Below are positions 56,172-64,000 of a stretch of 64,000 nucleotides of DNA, in pieces (the stretch's first letter is position 1; every line of letters starts with the position of its first letter). The stretch spans positions 4,836,001 to 4,900,000 of the forward strand of contig OX597821.1 of assembly GCA_951406725.2 (NCBI GenBank), given 5' to 3'. This DNA is from Octopus vulgaris. Its lineage: Eukaryota. Position numbers and translations under genes: made by a program. Under the pieces are notes generated by a model. The model was not told where the DNA came from, did not search any database, and worked only from the letters and a program-made list of their open reading frames with translations.

Positions 56172-56562
56172 CCTATAATATGGTCTGGTTATTTATATAT
56201 GCGAATATGTATGAGGGTTCTTATGATTATATATGCATATATCAATATGTATATATATGTATGTATGTGTATTTATATATATATGTGTATGTGTGTGTGT
56301 GTGTATTTATATATATACACACAAGAAGAATGGGAGTGTGGGATTTATGATGTGTTTGTAGGGGGTTATACATTTATACCTGTCTGTTTGCCTGGGAATT
56401 CCGAAATATAAATATTTAAACATTGTCTTTCCCACATTTCTTGTAATAAATGCACAAAGCTATTTATTTTATGTTAGGGATTTGCTATCAACAATATTTA
56501 TTGTGGATTTCATTACCCTACGTCAACAATATATTACAGCAATATCTCCTTATATTTATTTT

Positions 56563-56611
<49 letters not shown>

Positions 56612-56809
56612 GTGTGTGTGTATGTGTTAAGTTTGTAGATAGATAAGTAGGTAGGCATATATGTGTTCGTGAGTGTTTCTACGTAAGTATACATACAAAT
56701 ATAAATAAATAAGTATATAAAGTGATGTAACATACAATTTAAAAAATACCATTTTAAGGAAAAATAGATGTTAAGTAAAAATAAGTAAATATAATTACCC
56801 AACCACAAC

Positions 56810-57230
56810 TATGTAGAAGGAAAAGACAGAGAAAGACTATACGGTATAATCCTTTCTGCTTGATAAATGTTAGCACAGTGATAGGGGAAGCATTTCTGTA
56901 TCTGATGAGAAGACATTTTACTTTTATACTTATTGACAATAAAATCATTAACAGAAAAACTGTTGATATAAGCTTCTCCAGGGTTATCAAGCTTGCCAAC
57001 CCCACACATCTGTGGGAGAAAATGGGAAGGAAGGATTCAAGTGAATTATAACATGTCTATTACTGTAAAGATTTGCAGTTTTATCTTTTATTCTGAATCC
57101 AAAGTTAACAGAAACTGCGTAGAACAATTGTTCTATATGAAGATACACTGACGGTGGACTGTAATGCAAAAAATATTGTTTGATTATGTCTGAAGGCAAA
57201 CCAATGATCCGCCAGAATTCATCTGAATAT
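56810..57230 (+). mobile_element. Highly decayed Penelope-like fragment of a third type
   Basis: RKRQRKTIRYNPFCLINVSTVIGEAFLYLMRRHF..KIINRKTVDISFS resembles the PLE linker RKRKIIWFNPPYS.NV.TNIG..FL.LIDKHF..KIFNRNTVK.SYS. Confidence 0.65.
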
Positions 57231-57345
57231 ACGTGCGTTTAAGTTCTACCAAATATGAATAAATATGGAGACAGAGTAACAGCGAATCTTAATACAGGTG
57301 ATATGGTTCAATAAGGTCTCATGATAAATCATTGCAACTGGCAGT

Positions 57346-57669
57346 AAGGAGCACTCTCTCGGTTGCGACGACGAGGGTCCCAGCTGATACGATCAACGGA
57401 ACAGCTTGCTCATGAAATTAACGTGCAAGTGGCTGAGCACTCCACAGACACGTGTACCCTTAACGTAGTTCTCGGGGAGATTCAGCATGACACAGAGTGT
57501 GACAAGGCTGACCCTTTGAAATACAGGCACTACTCATTTTTGCTAGCTGATTGGACTGGAGCAAAGTGAAATAAAGTGTTTTGCTCGAGGAGACAACGCG
57601 CCGCCGGGAATTGAAACACGACCCTATGATCATGAGCCGAATGTTCCAAACCACTATGCCACGCGCCTT
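57346..57669 (-). mobile_element. tRNA-derived SINE (CORE-like body, family A tail)
   Basis: ggcgcgtggcatagtggttt head, tttcaattcccgg B box, tail gggaccctcgtcgtcgcaaccgagagagtgc. Confidence 0.8.
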
Positions 57670-58284
57670 CAACTGGCAGTATAACTATGCATGTACGATA
57701 TTCTGTATATGAATAAATACAAAACTTGGTGCATGTATTGTTCTTCAAAAGTATTCATATTAGCCATGTCAGTACTGGATAAGTTGTTTTGAATGACACA
57801 GTTTCGCTTTTGTGATCTAATACTGTAGCAAACCTAATGAACTGGAAAATCGTTCCAGCTTGTATAACTCCTACGCTACGTTACTTTCATCGCGATTTTA
57901 CGTGCGGAAGTACCCACTACAATTGTTTTAATCTATATGGATAGATCAAGAAGTGTATCATAGAATCGTAATACTGCATACACATACATACACAAGCACT
58001 TATGTGTATGATGTTCTCTACTTCCATATTCATTTTGTTATATTTCATTCTAATATTCCTTTTCTGGTTTACAAAAATTTTTTCAAATGTCTGGTAAATT
58101 TTAGCAATATTTATAATTAAGTCATCATTGTAAATTAATAGAAGTCTTGTTACTGATAACTTTATGTGTACATACATAGATACAAAGTAGTTACCATAAT
58201 TGCAGTGAGGGAAGATTTTATCTATATCAAATGTATTTTCAATCGTCTTCGAAATGTACTGCGTTGATCAATATATATATATAC

Positions 58285-58352
<68 letters not shown>

Positions 58353-58482
58353 TATATTGAGGGTACTACTATTCGTAGATACCAACACGCTAAGAGGGAC
58401 CAATGCGGTCAAAACTACTAAAAATAAACAAAATTTTACCGAATGCAAAACTTCAAAACACATCATTTAAAAAAGAATTCAG

Positions 58483-58544
58483 TTACATATTACATGTGAT
58501 TTCGCATTTAATGCAGAATATGCATTTCATGTTCGTCAGTGCAA
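58483..58544 (-). ncRNA. Type I hammerhead ribozyme (copy 1)
   Basis: ttgca-CTGACGA-a-cat gaa atgca tattc tgcat taa atg-c-GAAA-tcacatgtaa-TA-tgtaa. Confidence 0.75.
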
Positions 58545-58979
58545 CAAACTCAAGAAATATAAGAGAAAACATAACATTACAAGCTCGATAGCCAACCATA
58601 GAATTCATCGTAGCATGTACGAATGTTTATCTTTACATATCTATGAAAATGGCGGGCTTATTCGCAATGCATTTCGGTAACAAATTGTCTAGTCGGAATA
58701 AAAATTCAGTATTGAACTATTCCGGTGAAAAATATAAATTAACAATTGAGGATAAAATCTTTAAAAGAAATTATCAGTAGTCAGCGTGAAAAACCTCGTA
58801 AGAGAAAAAATCCGTAAATTCTTCCTCTTTGAAAATATTCATTTATATTATATTGAGGGTACTACTATTCGTAGATACCAACACGCTAAGAGGGACCAAT
58901 GCGGTCAAAACTACTAAAAATAAACAAAATTTTACCGAATACAAAACTTCAAAACACATCATTTTAAAAAAGAATTCAG

Positions 58980-59039
58980 TTACATATCACATGTGATTTC
59001 GCATTTATGCAGAATATGCATTTCATGTTCATCAGTGCA
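58980..59039 (-). ncRNA. Type I hammerhead ribozyme (copy 2) with palindromic stem III
   Basis: tgca-CTGATGA-a-cat gaa atgca tattc tgcat aa atg-c-GAAA-tcacatgtga-TA-tgta. Confidence 0.8.
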
Positions 59040-59365
59040 CAAACTCAAGAAATATAAGAGAAAACATAACATTACAAGCTCGATAGCCAACCGTAGAATT
59101 CATCGTAGCATGTAACTGAATTCTTTTTTAAAATGATGTGTTTTGAAGTTTTGCATTCGGTAAAATTTTGTTTATTTTTAGTAGTTTTGACCGCATTGGT
59201 CCCTCTTAGCGTGTTGGTATCTACGAATAGTAGTACCCTCAATATAATATAAATGAATATTTTCAAAGAGGAAGAATTTACGGATTTTTTCTCTTACGAG
59301 GTTTTTCACGCTGATAATTTCTTTTAAAGATTTTATCCTCAATTGTTAGTATATATATAGATATA

Positions 59366-59400
<35 letters not shown>

Positions 59401-59433
59401 GTGTATATATATATATGCGTGTGTGTGTGTGTA

Positions 59434-59813
59434 CAGAGTGATTCAAAATTCGCCATACATAGGGACAATTAATTTTTTCATAAGAAATAGTTTATAAGAA
59501 AAGTTTTTTTTATTGAACAGACACTATATGGTTACCATTGTTTTGAATACACATTGAAATACCTTTACCCCACTCATTGTGAACTCGTAATAACACATCT
59601 TGTGATACGTGTGCAAAAGGAGTTGGTGATGCGTTCCTTCAAATAATTTATGTCTTTTAATCTTTTATTTTTCTGCGATATATCAAGCCTTTCAAATGCC
59701 CCCAAATATAGAAATCAAGAGGGATCAGATCAGGGAATCTAGGGGATCTTATAAACCGCTACTTATAAAATAATCAATTTTTCCTATGTATAGAGCCTTT
59801 TGAATATATATTG
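59434..59813 (-). mobile_element. Internally deleted Tc1/mariner-superfamily element (DD37D/maT-like) with TIRs of about 65 bp
   Basis: TIR cagagtgattcaaaattcgccatacataggg versus cctatgtatagagccttttgaatatatattg; minus strand SPRFPDLIPLDFYIWGHLKGLIY (WPPRSPDLTPLDF.LWG.LK motif). Confidence 0.8.
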
Positions 59814-59835
59814 TGTGTGAGAGAGAGGGGAGAGA

Positions 59836-60013
59836 GAAGAAGAAGAAGACGAGGAAGAAGAAGAAGACGAGGAAGAAGAAGAAGAAGAAGAAGAAGAAGA
59901 AGAAGAAAAAGAAGAAGAAGAAGAAGAAGAAGAAGAAGAAGAAAAAGAAGAAGAAGAAGAAGAAGAAGAAGAAGAAGAAGAAGAAGAAGAAGAAGAAGAA
60001 GAAGAAGAAGAAG
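59836..60013. repeat. (GAA)n microsatellite
   Basis: Directly visible. Confidence 0.97.
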
Positions 60014-60417
60014 ACGACGAATGGTGTTTATAATTATGAACAATTCATAGTTATAACTAGAATGGTTTCAAAAACCTTTACATGTTCAGAAATAGCAGTC
60101 ACAAGCCACTAACAAGTCACTATTATCACTCATATTATATCTCCTTACAATAGCTGCTGTCTGCGGGTGACATGACCTATAAAATCCACAAATTAAAAAT
60201 AAATTCTCTATTATAATTTCCACGTTAGGATTAAGGGTTCCATTCGTCTTTTCAGGAGAATGTTCCTAGAGATAGAAATTGATACAATACCTTACTTTGG
60301 CAAGAATAGACACAGCGAGGTCACTCAGCACACTGACTCATGAAGTTCATTGTTAACTCTCACTACGCATCTGTTGGTGTGCTACAGGACTACTTCGGGA
60401 GGTTTTGACACCACCTC

Positions 60418-60480
<63 letters not shown>

Positions 60481-60482
<2 letters not shown>

Positions 60483-62190
60483 AAATTAAAAAAGGAAAAT
60501 GCGCACACGTACATAGCTTTAATATAATTTTTAATATATCGACCGGTTTCGCTATCGCTATTCATGATATTATGTTTTCCTTATCTGAATATATATATTT
60601 TCTTAAGACGAAATTTGGTCCATGTTGCTTTTGATGAAATTCACGAGTGAATGACTTCACAAGTAGATAAATAAAGGGAAGTAATTGGTTGTTATTATTG
60701 TTATTGTGTGTTCAGCTTTCGGTAATGGGTGGGGATTAAATGTGTGTACAAAACAGAGACAGGTTTTAAAAACCTTGTTTAGTCGGGGATTGATGTACAG
60801 TGATGTAATCATGAATTGAAATATGTAAAAATATAAAAGTTGGTTATGCGTGCATATTAAAACGAGTTTTGTATTTGTCAATGAGAAAATTTCTTTATGT
60901 AAACGTTCTACTTGACATTGCGTATTTTCACTGGTTGAAAGGGAAGACTGAAATTTGGTTTGATGTTACCTGCACATTTTTCGATATGTTCACTCAGAGG
61001 AATTTGTCTGTATAGCGGGAAACGGATTTGCTCCTTATGTAGAATGATTCTCTTTTTCAAGGTCATACTCGTTTGTCTAATGTACTGATGACCGCAACCC
61101 GAGCAGGTTATTACATAAATTAGGTTCTCAGAGGTACAGGTGAAACTAGTTTTAATTGTGAACCTCCGTCCTTATTTGAAAAGGAAATCCGAGCCTTCAA
61201 GCAGGTTGGGGTATGTTCCACAGTTTGGGCGTCCACATTTTTCCACCGTTGGTTTCGTGGTTGTTTTGTAAAGTTTCGCGTTTGTTAGTAGTCTCTTTAG
61301 CGATTTCTCGTTTTTTGCATTTGATGAGTTTGTGTGTTTTCAGGATGTGGTTTATTTTTGGATCTCTAGTTAGTAAAGGGAGAGTTTGCACAATAGGGTT
61401 GAATGCCTCACTATTTCTGGGGTTGTGTGTTGATATAAAAAGTAATTTTTTTGTTTGAGGTGTGGTGCTATGTTTTTTTTTTCTTAGTGTTTTTTTGTCT
61501 AATTGTTTGGCACGCTTAATTCCCTCGTCGATAAGCGAGGGTGGATATTGTCTTTCAATAAGTGTTATTTTGAGGTCTTGAAGACGAAGGTCCCGAGTTG
61601 TTCTATCAGATACTATTGTGCAGATCCTTTTTGCTAAGTTAAAAGGGATGTTTATTTTTATGTGTTTCGAGTGGCATGAGTTAAAAAGAAGATATGGCTT
61701 TGAATCAGTTGGTTTATAATAAATGTCAGTTATGATTTCATTGTTAACTTTTTTATCATGATGTCTAAAAATGGAAGTTGTTCTTTATTATATTCTATTG
61801 TGAATTGAATGTTACTATTTATGGTCGTTTAGTGTTGTTTTGAAATCCAAACGTTTGTCGATGTTCTCCTTCCAGATGATAAAACAGTCATCCAGGTATC
61901 GCTTCCAATTTTCTGTTATGTAGAGGTAAAATGGGTAACCATATTTCTGAAGTGATACTTCATATAAGGTGAATTCAAAATAACCCATTATTAGATTCGC
62001 AAGAACAGGAGCTGCTTTCGTCCCCATCGTAATTCCACATTCCTGACGACAGTATGTGTCATCAAATAGGAAATAATTGTTCTGAAGTATAAATTTTACG
62101 GATTCAATAATAAAGATCTGGTTTATGCGTTTCGGGAGGACTTCGGGGTACTTTTTCAACCAGAATTTAATTGCTTTTATTCCATAGTCA
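60481..62190 (-). mobile_element. 5'-truncated Penelope-like element (RT core to GIY-YIG), frameshifted, in (TA)n
   Basis: ILQNNYFLFDDTYCRQECGITMGTKAAPVLANLIMGYFE..WKRYLDDCF (RT); CTSENLIYVITCSGCGHQYIRQT (GIY-YIG); decayed HHR at 60536-60570. Confidence 0.93.
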
Positions 62191-62939
62191 TATATATATT
62201 TATATATACTGAAGATAATTTGTACATTTTTGTATTTTTGTTCATGCTCGTACACGTTAAATTAATAAAGTCAAACAATTATAAAACACCAGGAGTCAGT
62301 AGTAAACCAAGGACGAAACGTTTCTTGCTATATTTATTGAAACGCCTCTGCTTCCGTTTATGTTGCTTTTACAGAGCCGTACTTCTGTTTACCTATCTTT
62401 TAGTTTCACTTTCATTTTTAATGAGAAAAACGTTTAACGTATCGTGAACTAAATCTGTTGTTACAATGACACTCTGTATTTTGAGATTAACAGTTGAGGA
62501 TAATCCAAAACGAAATTAAATACGACCAAGTATTTTATTCAACACCGTTTCTAAGCTCTGAGATATTTGAGTTAAGCCTTGACAAGGCCTCCATCTCCAT
62601 ACCAATAGAATATTAAACAATATTCCTTGAGGAATTAGTAAACGTGCGATATGTTATTCCATATTAGAATATGGAAAGAATGACTAATATTTCACAACGA
62701 TACATTAACATGGTTAATCTGTGAAATATTGTTTTTTTATGTTGAGCTAGAATAATACAAATCTGCGTGGCATTAGCCGGCATTTAAATAATCTGATAAG
62801 AGTGCTAAAATAACATAAGTACTCTCAGTATTGCGTGTATAATTAACAGCCTGAAATCTAAGTTTATGTAATATTTGAACTAAGATTTGATTAAAACAAA
62901 GACCATTGGTATCAATTATTAAAAAGTTAACCTAAAGCA

Positions 62940-63435
62940 TAGGGTGTCCCACCCCATCAAAAAAAAGTTATTTCAGAGTCTAATAACATAGCCAATTCTT
63001 TCACAAATCATCTCAAATTTTAGCAAAGTTTGTAAAATGTAAGTTTGAGTCGGACATGACAGTGATAATGACAATGTGTGATTGAAATAGCCAGCACATT
63101 CTCCTAACTTGACACGTTGTGATTTCCTCTTTGGAGCTATGTGAAAAGACTGGTCTGTATTCCACCTCTTCTTTCAAGCCTAGAGGAAGTCCAGAAGTGA
63201 ATCACTGAGGAACTGAACTACAATACAATAACTGGTATTTATAGTGTCGCAGGCGGTGCGCATATTTTGAAGCTTTGTGGAATTTATTTTGAAATTTCCA
63301 TCACTCTGAATCTTTTGCTCGAATTTCGAATCTTTTATTGCTCAAGGTGAAACCAATTTAATTTCGTTTGCCTAGGCTATGCATTTACTCAGATATTCAA
63401 ATTTCAAATGACGTCAATTTTGGGGTCACTCTCTA
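62940..63435 (+). mobile_element. Decayed, internally deleted DD37D/maT-like DNA transposon
   Basis: PAHSPNLTRCDF..WSYVKRLV..SLEEVQK*ITEE; termini agggtgtccc and ggggtcactct. Confidence 0.65.
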
Positions 63436-64000
63436 CTTTGGTCACCCACTAAGAACACAATGTACGAAGAAAATTATAAATGACAAGCATTTGAGACGAA
63501 GTTCCTAGAAAAATCTTGTTTTATAACATCCAAGCTTGGACTAAACTACAATATTGTGAATGCGTAGGAATGGAAAAAATGTAGATCATTGATTTTCAAC
63601 CTGGTAAGAATGAATTGAATCCTTGTACATTCTTAAGATATACTGTATTAGAAAATCAACATATAGAGATGAGGAACTATGAGAATGTTATATTATGAGA
63701 GGCATCGCATAAACATTTTATAGAGTAGCTGCGGAATGAGTTATTGTAAAGATCTGAAATTTATTCTCTACTATTACCTACCAAGGATATTGAATCAGGA
63801 GAGTATAATATTTCAGTTAATATATTATCCTCATGAGTTTCTTTCTTTTTCTTCTTGATGTATTACGTTTTAGCTTCTAAAACGTTTAAGATATATTGTG
63901 TTGGGTATTCTACATCAGGCAAACGAACACATACTATATGTATATAATACGTACCTTATTGCAAGAGAGAAAGAAAGGGGAGAGAGCGATAGAGAGATAG

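Larger units (their letters stand above)
58345..59349 (-). mobile_element. Retrozyme-like element: about 1.55 tandem copies of a 496-nt HHR-containing unit plus an inverted segment, in (TA)n
   Basis: Direct repeat starting at 58345 and 58841; 59111-59349 is the reverse complement of about 58740-58985; TA tracts on both sides. Confidence 0.85.

Noticed and set aside
62285-62330. gtc..gacGAAACGTT as an HHR near the PLE 5' end
   Set aside because: The 5' core and stem I are not recognisable.

Overview
AT-rich, microsatellite-saturated animal genomic DNA with no recognisable host gene. The tRNA-derived SINE families resemble those of octopus (inference). Nearly all ORFs in the supplied track are microsatellite artefacts. 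The real content is decayed mobile DNA: three tRNA-SINE families, several Tc1/mariner relics and MITEs, a non-autonomous Helitron, restriction-like-endonuclease (R4/Dong-like) LINE fragments ending in (TAA)n or (CATA)n, and Penelope-like element (PLE; RT plus GIY-YIG) fragments of at least three types. The most striking signal is a recurring non-coding insertion inside (TA)n tracts, built as an inverted arm, a sense arm and a unique tail of about 45-100 nt. Several carry type I hammerhead ribozyme (HHR) motifs, some with palindromic stem III. The clearest case (58345-59349) is a head-to-tail repeat of a 496-nt HHR-bounded unit whose inverted segment starts at the predicted self-cleavage site. 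This suggests a retrozyme-like family mobilised by (TA)n-inserting PLEs, whose remnants with terminal HHR relics lie nearby. All coordinates and folds were read by eye and are approximate.
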